63,572 bases of DNA, filler included, from Porpidia crustulata (GCA_964255105.1; 9 parts of 9 records of this genome joined end to end with filler, not necessarily neighbours in it); one strand, 5' to 3'; counted from the whole stretch's first letter, positions 1-12,660 are shown. The notes: a model not told the origin generated them from the letters alone. Program-made: numbers and translations.

Positions 1-627
1 GTGGTACTATGGTGGACGAGTGCTGTTATTCTACCAAAATAGTTATCGTCGTAAACTAGGGCGGCAGCGACGATGCGAATGTAATTTCCCAGTAGCTGGT
101 CTCAAGAGTGTTCAGGATTGGTCGTAATATAAGATTGGTCAAGAAATACGGGAGATCTCTATGCGTTCACAAGTTAGAGTCGCTCGAAATGAAAGTACCT
201 ATAGTTTGTCTCGTCACAGGGTGCGTCTCTCGACGCAGGGACGGACGTTACATCTCCGATTCAGCTTGGGTCTTATGATCGACTTGCTTGTTCTCCACTA
301 GCATATACCGACATTTTTTTTCGATCCTCATCTCATGGCGTGAGCTTAACTGGCTCCACCCAAGGTCCTGCCGTGTCTACCTGCTGTCATGCGAAATTCA
401 AAATCTCACGATAAAAAAGATTTTCTTACAAAGTGAAGCACGTTCATGCTAATAGGACATGATGTGGGCTATAAAACTTAACACTGCTTCTGACCTGACG
501 AAATATGGACAACGAAGAAATTAATAGGCGAGGCAGAAAACGATCAGCAGCTGATCAAATGACAACGTGATCTTGACGCGATCTTGTCGTATTAGGCGGC
601 GCGAAGCCGTCCACTACATCCCGTCAA

Positions 628-1584
628 TCAGGAAATCTCCGAGTCCTGGCCCGGTAGGTCATAGACCTTGATGTATTTGATCAGCCAGTACGCATCCGCA
701 TACGTCGAAGGGTTATGAGCAACATAGTGGGTACAAATCGGCCAGGTGCGAAAGCAATCGGTCTTGAACTAAGTCTCCCGGTCCCACATTGGGCAGAACG
801 AAGTATGGATCCTGATGCTGATCTTCTGCTGCTTCAGTTTCGTGTCAATGTGGCAGTCCCCGGCCATCTGAAAATACGGGTTACCCCAAGCCGTCGGATC
901 GAGGGTGGTTGCGTTCACAAGGCCTTGCGGTGTGTTTGATGGGAACCATGACCAAACGTTGATTTGGTCTGCGCGCCACTCGATGGCCCATACAACCCCT
1001 TTTTCGTGGTTGATAGCTTCGCCATAGGTTGCGCTTGTTCAGTCTATCATAACCGGGGGGCCTTTGTTGCTTGTTGGGGAGTATTTGGCGCTGCCAGTGT
1101 AGCCGATCCAATCCATATAGTTTGGTACAATGCTGATGGTTTCCTGTTGCCCGAGCACTGGGTCAATGGCTGCCATTCTGAGGTACGAGTAAAGCGTGCA
1201 GCCTGCTACGGGTGCATGTTCGATGTTGAATATATACAGGCCCTCGACCAAGGGAACGTGGTTCCACAGATTCACGCTCTGACGACCGATGGAATAGTCT
1301 GTGGGTAGGGTATCTTTGTAATTGACGCCAACGTAAGCCTTTCCGTCCTGGGCGGTGAGCAAACCGCCAAGTTTCGCGTCCTCCATGTTCAGATCCTGGA
1401 CGAAGCCCTGCGAAAAGTCCGTCTTGTTGTTGACTTGGGGGTCGAACTGGGTGTGTCCATCTGCAGACTCTCCGCCGAGCCAAGACTCGTCGAGAATGTT
1501 ATATTTGAAGGTGTACGGTGCTGCCAACGATATTGCTCCCATCGTGGCCATGAGAATTGACTCCAACATAAGTCTAGCGAGCAT
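628..1584 (-). pseudogene. Secreted GH16 (fungal Lam16A-like beta-glucanase fold) homologue with two in-frame stops
   Basis: ORF 1584-1039 has a signal peptide, YVGVNY and GRQSVNL. The same frame continues past TGA (1039-1041) as TYGEAINHEKGVVWAIEW..QINVWSWFP..LDPTAWGNP and past TAG (769-771) as C.HYVAHNPSTYADAYWLIKYIKVY to TGA at 628-630, matching the GH16 C-terminal pattern. The catalytic ExDxxE is not present. Confidence 0.75.
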
Positions 1585-2319
1585 ACTGCCGGCGGGTAAA
1601 AGGGGTCTTGGTCCCGTAAATGCTTCTAGTAAAGGATCTGAAAAGCATGTAGAGCTAAAAGTTTTTAAGTGAGTCGCGCCTGAAGATTCGTCTCACTTCA
1701 ATGCTTTTGTTTGCAATGCTTGCGAGCTTGTCCGAAAGACTGATTGAACAACGACGACGACAAATGAAAACAAAGAATAAGCTCCACGGAGTCTGTCAAG
1801 AAAGGTATTGTCTTGCTCCGAGAGTAGAAATCTGGAGCCCAAATGAATTAAACCCTTGCTACTTTTGCCTCTCGGTACGACTTCTGCCCAAGTGAATCAT
1901 TTACTGCGCTTTGAATCCGGTCACACGGTTTCAGCGTCTGTCATAACGCGATCGAGCAATAAGGACGGCGTATGGCGTATCACGGAGACAAAGGAAAATG
2001 AAGATATAACATAGATCGAATCACTGAATTGTAGCGAAATAACGCACAAGGTAGATGGAGCTGCTCAACATTTGACGAATGATTTAGGGTTGGCTTGAAG
2101 AGGAATGAGAGTGAGTCGCCGTTCTCTGTATTACTTTGTCCGAATTCCTTAAATATTGATTTCTTTCGCTCAGAGTCAGCAGCTACTCGCGCAACTTTTC
2201 CAGAATTCTTCCTCGATTTAGATCGAAGACATAAGCCTTTTGTTTCATATGACCTGACAAAGCGAAATGTGTTTCCATCAAAGAGACATGCGAACCGCTT
2301 AGAAAAATGGAAGAATCTT

Positions 2320-2649
2320 CTAGACCGAAATTCCATATTTTTGGACTCGTTCAACGGTAGCGTGTGTAGCGTTGTTCCGGTGATGGAGCTCGAGATCTGC
2401 TCCTCCGCGAAAACTCATAGGAGTCTGACGTATATCTAGACGAATGGCTAGAACGTTTCTATCGCTGGATTCATATGAACCCGAAGAGCATTCGGAGCTG
2501 CGACCCTTGCCATATAAGCTTGATTCGCGCCTGGGCGGGTCATTGTACTTGTCGTCGCGTCTGGAGCTGCCATAAGGATTTGAGCTACTGTACTTGCCAT
2601 CTCCGTATTTTGATGTCCATGAGCTGTCGCAGTCAGAATATTTTCCCAT
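2320..2649 (-). CDS. Hypothetical Ser/Gly/Tyr-rich small protein (boundaries uncertain)
   Basis: 109-aa ATG-initiated ORF with a low-complexity N-terminus; no recognisable domain. Confidence 0.3.
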   Translation of the reverse strand: MGKYSDCDSSWTSKYGDGKYSSSNPYGSSRRDDKYNDPPRRESSLYGKGRSSECSSGSYESSDRNVLAIRLDIRQTPMSFRGGADLELHHRNNATHATVERVQKYGISV

Positions 2650-3851
2650 CTTAAACTTCTGTGAACGAGGTTATGCCCTAAAGTAGGTCTTGGGAAAGAG
2701 TTTGCTCGGATTTGTCTTTACAGTTATGGTTTTTTGATTTGCAGATATTCCTGAGCGGAAGAGTTGGTTATAGCAAAATGTCTGTTGAAGATTTGCTAAC
2801 GGGCCTTTATGAACTTGACAGAAACTTTCTTGACACAATACAGACAATTACATTTGCATTCTGAAACAATTCAATAGCATTGTTGAACCGTCTCGTCAAG
2901 TGTTCTAGTATTTGAGCCAATAGAAAGTATTGGGGAATCAACGTGATGGAGGCCAGCGTATCCTACGGACTCAAAAAGACACATATACCTACCAAGGGAG
3001 CTGCACCATATCGATAGGGCAAAGCTCATGAAGCATCAAACAATGTCGCTAATAAAATCAAAAAGCCATGATCGAACACAACAAAAATAACAAGGCACGA
3101 GCGAGGAAGAACAGCAGATCCGCAGGACATTAAGGAGTCAGAAAACTTGGTCTATAGCAAAAATCGACCATGAGAGAAGTAACTCAGGACCCAACGAATT
3201 ATCAAAACGACGAAATCGAGACATTTGGTGGATGTGATTAACACAATCAAGAGCGCTCTAGATACTTAGAGGTGCCCAAAAGCTAATTAAATAGCAGATG
3301 CATCAATGAGGTATCTAGCACTTACGCATTGGCTAAGGCTAATCCTCTTTAACCCAACAATTGTCATCGCGAATAGCATCACGAGCAAAGGGTTGTAGAA
3401 GTTGAGGTGAGAGAAAATTTTTCGAGGCCCTGCGCACGGGCCACTTCGAGAGCTAGCCCGAAAAGCTTGAGGAACTTCAAATCGCTGTTCATTGACAGCA
3501 AAATATCTAGCACCAACTATCAGGAGGACTGTAGCTTCTCATGTGCAGTCTTGTGAGGTGTTAGAGTCCAAGGTTGTGACTCAAGCGATGGGGAGTTTCA
3601 AGATCTGATACAGTATCGCTATTCAACACGCTGATCAATAGAATCGTAAACATGTGTGCAAAGACTTCCGCAGGCACATTACGATTAAGATATCTCAAGA
3701 ATTTTGAAACATTTGGACAAGCTTTGTCGAACTACAGGACAGCAATTCACCAAACCAATATTATCAAATTCATCAGGATAGATCACCAAGAAGAGACTAT
3801 CTAGCTCACCTAAGCCTTCGCAGATCCTACTTATTTCATCTTCTCGACATC

Positions 3852-4220
3852 CTACTTTTCATCAACATCTTGCTGCGCCTCACGTCCCTCCTTCACCTCA
3901 GCTCGCTGGTCTTTCATGACTCCTTTCGTCTTTTCATACTCCTCCGAATTACTCCCCGCCTGTGCATCTTGGCTATCTAGATAGTACAGATCCGTCAAAT
4001 CCTCCCTTGCGGCACCATAGTATGCGATGCCAGTTCGGCTATCGAAGAACGGGCACTCATCGCACTTGATATGATAGCAGAAGGTGCATTCAGAGTCTTT
4101 TTCCCCGTTCGTGGTGCCACTGTTACAGCAGTACCACGGCGCGCGTGGCATTTTGCTGGATGTCTTTGGGTGTGTGTGGGAACAACCGCTGTTACAGCCG
4201 AACCACGGCGCGTGTGGCAT
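3852..4220 (-). CDS. Small protein with a Cys/His zinc-ribbon-like motif and a duplicated N-terminus
   Basis: WYCCNSG..N...ECTFCYHIKCDEC motif, charged C-terminus; the N-terminal 23 aa come from a 69-bp tandem duplication. Confidence 0.55.
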   Translation of the reverse strand: MPHAPWFGCNSGCSHTHPKTSSKMPRAPWYCCNSGTTNGEKDSECTFCYHIKCDECPFFDSRTGIAYYGAAREDLTDLYYLDSQDAQAGSNSEEYEKTKGVMKDQRAEVKEGREAQQDVDEK

Positions 4221-4256
4221 TTTGCTGGATGACTTTGGGTGTGTGGTGGAACAACC
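4117..4256. repeat. 69-bp tandem duplication (2 copies)
   Basis: CC(A/G)CTGTTACAGC..ACCACGGCGCG(C/T)GTGGCATTTTGCTGGATG.CTTTGGGTGTGTG..GGAACAA at 4117 and 4186. Confidence 0.9.
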
Positions 4257-4999
4257 TTTGTTTGTATCAGACGAAGTAAGTTAGATCTTTGGTGACTAGC
4301 CTTGACTTAAGATGTTCGTGTGATGTTGAGAAGATGAGTCCAAGATGCAGATTCAAGGAGGAATTTATAGGCAATCAGATTCATTCATGTTCTCGATTAG
4401 AGACAGTAAGATCCTGATGACTTGACAGTCAGTCAATATGTTAATGGAAAAACAATAGATCCTCAGCGTGTCACTGTTCTAGTGATGGAACAGCGACAGA
4501 GCGATCAAACAGACACGAAACATTTGAGTCTTGACAATCGGTACAAGACACCGAGAAGCCTTTATCACTGGCAGATGAGGCCTCAAGGCCTTGCGTCAAG
4601 ATTTAGCGAGTAACGCCTCTTAGTTTCTAATTCACATCAATGGTACCTTACTTGGTCAAACCTATAATTCTATTGAAGGAAATACACCAAGGACAACAAA
4701 AAACAAATGGGTTATATTCTGTTGAGAGATGCTTCTAGAAAGCTTTCTATTCGTTTTTCCGAAACGGAAGAAGCGAAAATTAGAGGGTCTCTCTTGAAAG
4801 ATAAGATGGCTGTTTGTCACGAATGTTCCATTGTCAGCTCGAGACTGAGAGAGAACATGGCAGCGCCTACCTTGCCATTCCCACCTTTCGCCCAAGTTAT
4901 CCCGCCATATTGCCTCGGTCACATTCAGCCATTCAATACTTGCATTGCCAGAAAGGGAGTGGGAAAGCATCCAAAACCTTTAATCAAAATAAAACAGAA

Positions 5000-5965
5000 T
5001 CAGTATCTTGTTCTCTTGGACCTGCCACGGCCCGTTCCATCTTCCACGTTGCTGCCCCTGAGACTCATACTCATTCGAAACGACTCTTCAAGCGCTGGTG
5101 TCAAGGTCTTCCTCTTCCGGGTGCGTCGACTAGTAGGAGAATGATCGATCTGGTCTCCTTGCTTTCTTAATGCGTCTATACTCGGGGTACGCTCTAACGC
5201 CGACGAATCTTCCTTCTTGGCACTTTTCGAATTTGAATCAACCGGGACCTGGTCTCTCCGGCCTTTCGGCGTAAATTGAATTGGTGAACTCACCTCGTCC
5301 TCTGACGCCGATACAATCCTCTTCTTGGCACTTCGCGTGTTGGCAGAAACCGGGATCTGGTCTTTTTGTGCTTTTGGTGTATATGGAATGGGTGAAGGTG
5401 GCGTCGAGGCCTTCCTCTTCATAGCACTTCGGGTGATAGGAGTAGCCGAGTCATGAAGTTTCCTCCTTGTGGGCATCGAAGACCCTGATGTCGCGAACCA
5501 GACCTTTCGCTTTGTGGTTGTCGAAGGTCCTGAGTTCGAAGGCCCCGATCTCGATATCGATGTCTGGCGAATTGGCAGATCTGCAAAGTTAACGTGGAGT
5601 TCTTCTTCCTTAATGGACGTCTCTACTACCGGCGCCCCTTCAACCGATTCCAATACTGGTCTTTCCGCAAATCCCAAGCCCGCATTCATGTTGTCAATAA
5701 TGTCGCTCTCGATGGTGAAAACCCGACATTCGCTACACCTGGCATGGTTGCATACGATGCAACGTCTAGACTGTGATGTATTGTCGCAAATGCAGCATTC
5801 ATGAGGGCGAGATCTCGGGATCGAAGGCACGATGGGAGCTCTAATAGGTAATGGCAATAACGAATTTGGCCACAATGGTGCTGCTATGTAAATTGAGTCA
5901 TCATCGGGCTCAAGATCTGTGTCTTCTTCTAGCTGGAAATCCGTCTCTTCGGCCATATCCTCCAT
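5000..5965 (-). CDS. Hypothetical protein exon with a CCxC..CxxCxHxxCxxC zinc-ribbon-like motif and a basic Ser/Pro/Thr-rich region; gene probably extends on both sides
   Basis: 321-aa ORF containing HECCICDNTSQSRRCIVCNHARCSEC, an acidic N-terminus, repeated TPK..DQ(I/V)PV..N..SAKK units and NLS-like KRK runs. Confidence 0.6.
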   Translation of the reverse strand: MEDMAEETDFQLEEDTDLEPDDDSIYIAAPLWPNSLLPLPIRAPIVPSIPRSRPHECCICDNTSQSRRCIVCNHARCSECRVFTIESDIIDNMNAGLGFAERPVLESVEGAPVVETSIKEEELHVNFADLPIRQTSISRSGPSNSGPSTTTKRKVWFATSGSSMPTRRKLHDSATPITRSAMKRKASTPPSPIPYTPKAQKDQIPVSANTRSAKKRIVSASEDEVSSPIQFTPKGRRDQVPVDSNSKSAKKEDSSALERTPSIDALRKQGDQIDHSPTSRRTRKRKTLTPALEESFRMSMSLRGSNVEDGTGRGRSKRTRY

Positions 5966-7012
5966 GTTGTCCTGGAACTCGAAAGGTGAGTTGGAGAGGA
6001 AGCTGGAGGGGAACTAAAATTGGACATTCTTTATATCCCCGGACGATTAGGTGTTGGCAGATTGTTAATGTGGATGAGTCGTGAATCAGTGGTAGATTGA
6101 GTGTGTTGGAATCCTCATGGTAAGCAACATTCCTCAAAGTTATATTTCTTGAATCTTCGCCGCCAAACACATTTTTTCTGTGCAGCCGCTCGATGTTGTG
6201 ACCCGTTCTTCGCAGATTCATCGCTCAATACGGTAATCCAATATCATTTCTTGTGTCTTCACCCTATTTCAGTTAACACAGCCGACACCTCCTGAACAAA
6301 TGACCACCTCCACCGCCCAGGCAAAGCCAGAAGCCTCCAAGTCATTAGCCCTGCCAGACATCAGTCGATTGTGCCAGTATCTCAGAACACAGTTGCAGCG
6401 ATTGACGTCTTCATCGTTGAATGTGGAGACACCAATAATAGCAGAGAACGTGGAATTTATCAAGAACAAATTATGCCATTTCTCAGCAAGCAGTATCCCC
6501 GAGAAGAACCCAACCAACAAGTTTCCACACATCAACAGCACAAAAACTAACCCCTTAAAAATCTAAAGATCCACTTCTCACATACACTTCAACAATAAGC
6601 ACCCCATTTCTTCCATTAGCCCCACCCCAAGCACTTCATAAACCCAATAATTCATCCAACAGCAAATCCTAGCTCAGCTCCTCCTCTTTACTTTTCGACG
6701 AAATATTCCACTACTCCCAGCAAAGGCAGCGATACTCGTTGAGTATTCTTCATCGTGGGTGAGGGGATCAACAGCTATTGTCCAAATTCAGGGGGGGGTT
6801 TCGATGTTGGAGATAATTGAGGATAGATGCTGCGGATGCGATAGGGTTGGTGATTTTGCTGCTGTTGTTGTGGATATCTTTATTGTTTATGCGAATGATT
6901 ATTGTTTTATTTGTTCTTCGCACTCCAATCGATATTCGGATCCTGTCTGTTCAAACACAACCAATCACAAGTCTCTCATTGTTACTCTTACATTTGTCTC
7001 CTCCCCTTACCC

Positions 7013-7112
7013 NNNNNNNNNNNNNNNNNNNNNNNNNNNNNNNNNNNNNNNNNNNNTTAATTAATTAANNNNNNNNNNNNNNNNNNNNNNNNNNNNNNNN
7101 NNNNNNNNNNNN
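7013..7112. other. Artificial contig linker
   Basis: 44 N + TTAATTAATTAA (stops in all six frames) + 44 N. Confidence 0.98.
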
Positions 7113-7167
7113 GGGTAGGGCGCTGGCCAACTAGAGGGTTTGGCTAAGTAGGGGGTAGATTACGTTA
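7113..7167 (-). mobile_element. Possible terminal inverted repeat end of a Fot1/pogo (Tc1-mariner superfamily) DNA transposon
   Basis: Minus strand reads TA|ACGTAATCTACCCCCTACTTAGCCAAACCCTCTAGTTGGCCA: ACGT terminus next to TA, two internal sub-repeats, located at a contig end. Confidence 0.45.
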
Positions 7168-7997
7168 GGCCTTTGGGGCACTTAGTCAACAATATATTCG
7201 GCTTCCACCCTCAGAACCCTGCTCCCACCAATTTAGGGCTTTAGGTGTGTTTCCTTTTCTTGTGGGACAATAAGTGGGTAAGTTGGGCAAAGTAATTGGT
7301 ACGTAGAATGTGCCTAAGCCTGGGTCAATTTGTTATCCGCGCTAGCCGCGTGCTGTTCACACCAGACTTGAATTTTCTTCAACACTACAGACTTTTCTGG
7401 GTTATACTACCTCTTCACCTACAGCCTATCGTTTACAGCTATCTGTGAGTGCAGAAAGTCGTTCCCATACAGACGTGTTCAAGAGCATTAGTTTTGGGAT
7501 TTCAATAATGCTTCTCAACTATGAAAAGACTGCAGGAGCAAAATTCTGGGTTCCAAACGTCAATAGAGGTGTATAGATGTGCTTTCATTTGAAGTATGGT
7601 CTCAGCCGGGAAGTGCCGGCTTCTTTGTGAATCCCTGCTCTACGACTTATATACCACGGCTTTGCCTACCTCCTGTGCCTCTCCTCATGGTCTTGGGGCA
7701 TACTTTTATCTAGTCAGTGGGAGAAAAGAATTGGTTTTTAGCAGGACCGCGTCTTCTCCACCCTGCTGCCTCTTTTCTTGGTGGGGCAGTAGGACTATAT
7801 AATGGACGGACAATATTGGAACAAAATCTGATCGGCTGGGGCCTCCAAGATTATCGTCGACGTTTCTTTCAATCGTGAACATTGAAGGTCTTGGCTCTCG
7901 GTTTAGGGTAAGCCTTTTGAACACGACATAGATTCTTGTTCTCTTTTGTGGTAGACTAAACATTCTTTCTAATAACGACTCAACGATACTGGCACCG

Positions 7998-10556
7998 TTA
8001 GAAAGAAAGTAAGTAGCGAGCGACCAGCCTGGAAGTATTTGGCTCCGTTGCAGTGGGTAATCCGAGCCATTGTCGAGACTCGAGAAAGTCACCTACCTCT
8101 GTTAGGAATTCGATATAGTATATTACAATAAAGAACTTACGATGGCTTTCCAGAACCTCTTTCACGCTCTGTGCAAGGTTTCTTGCGGGCCCTTCCAACT
8201 TTTCTCGGTCATCGACATTCTGAATTGGATTAAAGCTAGGTCTTGCTTTAGTACCTTCGGTCTTGTAACCTCTGTGGTACAAGTCTCGAAGAAAGGTAAA
8301 GATCTCGTCAATCATTGTCGACTCTCGTCTTACGGTTTCATCATGGAGGTCCAAAACTCCTTCTTCCTTGTTTGTAGCTTCTTTACATCTTAGATTTACT
8401 TGGATGGACTCGTTCGCCATGGCAAGTATCAGAAGACTGGCAAGACCTGTTGTCCATGAAAATTCTTTTTTTGATCTGCGCAATAATTGAGTCAGTCTTT
8501 CAAGGACGTCCTCCATCAATTGCATTTGCAGACTCGAGAGGAGAAATTTCAACTGCTTGCTAAGCCACCTGGATGAGGTGTGCATTGGGAATGGTTGGGA
8601 AGGGCGATTCCATAAGCTGTGAAAGACCTGTTCCTTGCTCGAAGCAGCCAAAGTCATCGAATAGGTCATGATGTGTGTTAACGCTATAAGCTTCAGGCAC
8701 AGTCCAGGTAATACCTCAAAGGAGTGTTAGCAATTCCTCGGAACTATACTTTACTTGGTGGCTCACTTCCCTAGTCTGTGCATAGAACAGATGCACGATG
8801 TGTAGGAGCTCTCTTTGCACTTTATAGTCGTCACCCTGGTAACAAACATTCGGGAAGTCCGAAAAGTTGGTCTCGATAAGTTCATTGAGGTATTTATCCA
8901 GCCTCATCCGCCACTCAAAAATCTGTATGAGCATCATGGCTACCGGGGGTGAAGGGGTTTTGATGCGCTCTAATTGTCCTGTCGCAAGGTTTTTGTGGTA
9001 CTGATTCTGGTACAGGAGACTGTTTCCGATGGGCTTGAATTCATGGACTTCACATTCAATAAATTTTCCATAACCCCAAGTCAGCTTGACCGTAAAATGG
9101 TTATCTGTCCAACTATCGACTCGCGTGCGACAGAATTTCTTAATGGCGTCGATTCGGTGTTGATCTATATAAGTAGCTACTGTCGAATTAGTCATTGACT
9201 CCATTAGGACACGATTAATCTAATCACCGGGAAGAAAGACTTTTGACAAGTCTCGAAGGTTTGTCCTATCGCACACAGACTGTGAACGAAGACATGAATG
9301 GCAGCTCGCCCCATCTTCGCACTAGACCAAGTTACCAAAACTGCTCTTTCGTCCATACGAAAGGCATCAGCGCCATACTTTACCTCTTGTGAACACACAA
9401 GGCCAACAACTTCGCTTCCTTCGCATCTTTTCAGCATCTTCTCGACATTGCTGATCGAGTGCGCCACGTCGGCCACCCCTTTTGTATTCTGTTGTGATAA
9501 GAGGGGATATGCAAATGCCCGCGCGAGAACTTTCACTGATACTACGGGTAGGTCCGGCTAGTTTCCCTGCTGAGGCGCTCTTGACATCATCGAATGGTAC
9601 TTTATCGTCTTTGCTAGAATGCGGGCGAGTATTGAAATGCTCCCGCTGCCGCTTGCCCTTTTGTTCCATATACTTGGCCGAACGTTTGCTCAGTTTGTGT
9701 ACTCCCGAAGGAGTTGTCTGCTGAGGGGCAAAAAGGGACACATCGGAGGAAGGCTTGTGGCGGAACTGTGCATCCGGGATACTGTAGGCTGACCAAGGCG
9801 CACTTCTGGAATGCCCTTGATCTAAGTGAGAAGATATACATACGATATTTGCCATGGAGGTGTGGGGTACAGTGTTCCGGTCTATTTTCGGAAAATCCTG
9901 AGATAGGGTTATATCCGTATCGAGCATTTCCAGAGGCTCAGGGGTAGCAGCTCCATGCTCTCGCAGAAAATTCGGCTGTTCTTCTGCGCCCATGGCGTCG
10001 CTCTGATCGCTGAAGAACAGAGCTGCAGTCGTCAGCGCCGGTGAAGATCTACAATGGGTTTCTTATTGAACGGCTTACATTCGTTGTTAGAGTACCAGGT
10101 CCTCATATATATCGCCTCATCAATGGACCATACAGCCCCGTCGTCTTCGTTGAGGAAGGTATGTCCTATCGACCGACTATCTTGAGAGCTTGATGCTCCA
10201 TCAAACCACTCAATACCATGGATTTCGACCTGATGAGCAACGTAAGGGTCCATCCCTTCTACATAATTGCTCTCAAGCAGGTCCGATGATCGCCGTGAAC
10301 AATCGGGGCCTAGACGACCCTCTACCGGTAGTGATTCACCCGACAGGCTCTCATGAGGCGTGTGAAGAACATGACCAGGATCCGAGTATGAATTCATGGA
10401 TGGTCCTACTTCAAGCAGTATTCCGGTACTGCAGCTTGGAACGGGTAGTGCAAAGCAGCTTCCAGCGCTGCTTTGATTGCTCTCAGACGCTCGTAACGTT
10501 TGTGGCGTTATTTGATGACCATTTTTGTGTGTATGTGGATGCATGCTTTGATGCAT
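7998..10556 (-). CDS. Zn(II)2Cys6 fungal transcription factor (multi-exon; 5' end uncertain, may extend to ~10865)
   Basis: Splicing a GTATGG..TAG intron (~9378-9326) gives CWPCVFTRGKCEDGASCHSCLRSQSVC = C-x2-C-x6-C-x5-C-x2-C-x6-C. Downstream exons (9204-8716, 8669-7998 ORFs) are joined by GT..AG introns with CTRAY branch sites. Confidence 0.85.
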
Positions 10557-12565
10557 ACTGAGGCAGTGCTTGATTCTCCTGAAGACAGTTTGTTGTGCAA
10601 TTGGTCAGTGGACGAAATGTTTTTGGCAAAGGTGATGTGAAGATAGACAGCGACGCTTGAGAGCTTGCATAGACTTTAAGTCCTCCGGTTCACTATATAC
10701 GGAAAGGTCAAGGGTATCACATGGAAATCTTAAATACTGAGCAGAGGGCAAATAGTACATCGGTGTCCAGTCACGTATGGTGAGTATCCACGTGTTTAAA
10801 CGTTCTTCTGGCACACGTTTCGCCATTTTACGACTGGTGCAGAGAGTCAAAAAGAATGCGTCCATGACAAATTCGGAATAGACGAATATCCTCTCACCGG
10901 CTCTCGCAGGTTCTCATTCGTTGTGACCAGCAGAATACTACCTGGGTTTGCATACTGTGAAGGTTACTATTGACAGCATGCCGTACTCGTTGCCTTGGTC
11001 TACAGAATACCCTAGCTTGGAGAGTAGCTGAATGCTGAGTCGTATGTTCGCCGCTGGAGGGCTTGTGGGGAATAGGTTCACAGCCATCTCATTGCGCACA
11101 CGAAATAGCCTTAGGACTGGTTAAACAGCAAAAGCCCGTGGCATATGTCTCAGCAGCTGCCAAAGGACGAAGTGCTAGACTTAAGTCGATAGCCTACTTG
11201 GCACATCGGAATACTACCAACTTCATGCCCCTCAACGACACAGCGGGAATTGAGGAATGGTATGAGAGCAACCTGGTGATATTACTGATGATCCAATAAG
11301 GCAGAGCTGACTGCATGCAGCTTATTATGCAAGCTTTGCAGCTTTTCGAAGCTTAGATTGCGTCTAGGTAGGCTTCTGTTGATAATTCCTATGAGTCCAA
11401 TTGGAAGGGTCGTCATACAGTTTACAATTCTATCTCCTAAGCAGGTTACTCTATTCTATTATATTGCTATCATGGACGTTCTTCAAGCTATCTAGGTATT
11501 CTCATGCATAGTCAGAATTCAATACGCGAAATCGAATATGAGCTGCCAGTACCTATTACGCGTTCAATGGAGATAAGCCTTCTTGTCACTCGCCCCCTAA
11601 ATCAGACGAGGCGCGTCTTAGGCAAATATCTTGTCCAGAACCCACCGAGGAGCGCGAGTCAAGTAATAATTCCACAAACGCGGACCAAAGTCGGTGAGCG
11701 AATGCCCATATGCCAACTCAAGTCAAGGCTAGGACCCTCGTCTGGACTTTGGGGCTCTTATGAGATAGCTATAAATCGACATTTCTGGTCATGCCCGTCA
11801 CTGTCGTCGCATTTGGCGGAAGATTCGGCTTATCTCAGACCTATAGCTCTGAAGCACAACTCTAGGCTGGGGCGCATTTAGAAAGGGATACTTACGGATA
11901 CTTCCCATGCAAGAACCCTATCTTGGATTAGACTGGACTTCGTGGTGTGGTGGGGGAAACCCGGAAGACATGAGCTAGGAGATTTCTCGACGAATACTTT
12001 GGACCAAAAATCAGACTGGCTTCACACACTCAGCCAATCCGACTCAAGACATAAGAGTACGTACTTGAATGCAAGCGGATCTTCCAAGCATATTCATTGG
12101 CTAAGATCATTGGTAGATAGTTTGGGCGTGAGGAGGAGGAAAATCAGCCTCCTTAACCGAGTCCCTCTTACTCTGATGTACAATTGGAAAGGGTCTTATG
12201 TAAAGAATGCCGCTGCAGCGAAATACTCCACTGTAAGAAGTTTCACAAAGCATGGAAAACTCCATTCGGAGCTTCGAACAAGTCGCCTATGGATGCAATC
12301 TGATGCAAGTTGAGCATCTGGAAAAGTCGCCTTCGGGGCGCAATTTGGAGCTCATGAAGCAACTGGAAAAGTTGCTTTTTCACATATTACACGCTTAGGG
12401 ATGCCAGCCTGATGCGGTGTGATGATTGTGATGGTTACATAGCGATGTATCTCCTTAGTTTGGAGTTTAGTGATAATGCCTGATACTCCTACTATGCGCA
12501 GTCACTTTTTAAGACCTTGATTGTTCAAGGGAAGCTAATCCACCTTTGAGCCTCACTGAGTAGCT

Positions 12566-12660
12566 GTTCTCACCCTTCGACTAGCCTTCTAGCCTAGGGT
12601 TAGGGTTTAATTAGCAATAAAAACAATTGACCCGTTGAGGAGTGAGAACGCGTAGATGAG
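12566..12660. mobile_element. Foldback/MITE-like element copy A (degenerate) with internal CCTAGGGTTAGGG
   Basis: Arms GTTCTCACCCTTCGACTAGCC / GACCCGTTGAGGAGTGAGAAC; the right arm matches the copy B right arm at 26 of 32 positions. Confidence 0.65.

Noticed and set aside
1980..2354. Read-through extension of the 2649-2320 ORF
   Set aside because: The frame meets several further stops within ~60 codons, unlike the single-stop cases reported.
11063..12313. Short plus-strand ORFs (11063, 11504, 11942)
   Set aside because: No motifs, splice support or codon bias; likely intergenic sequence upstream of the transcription factor.
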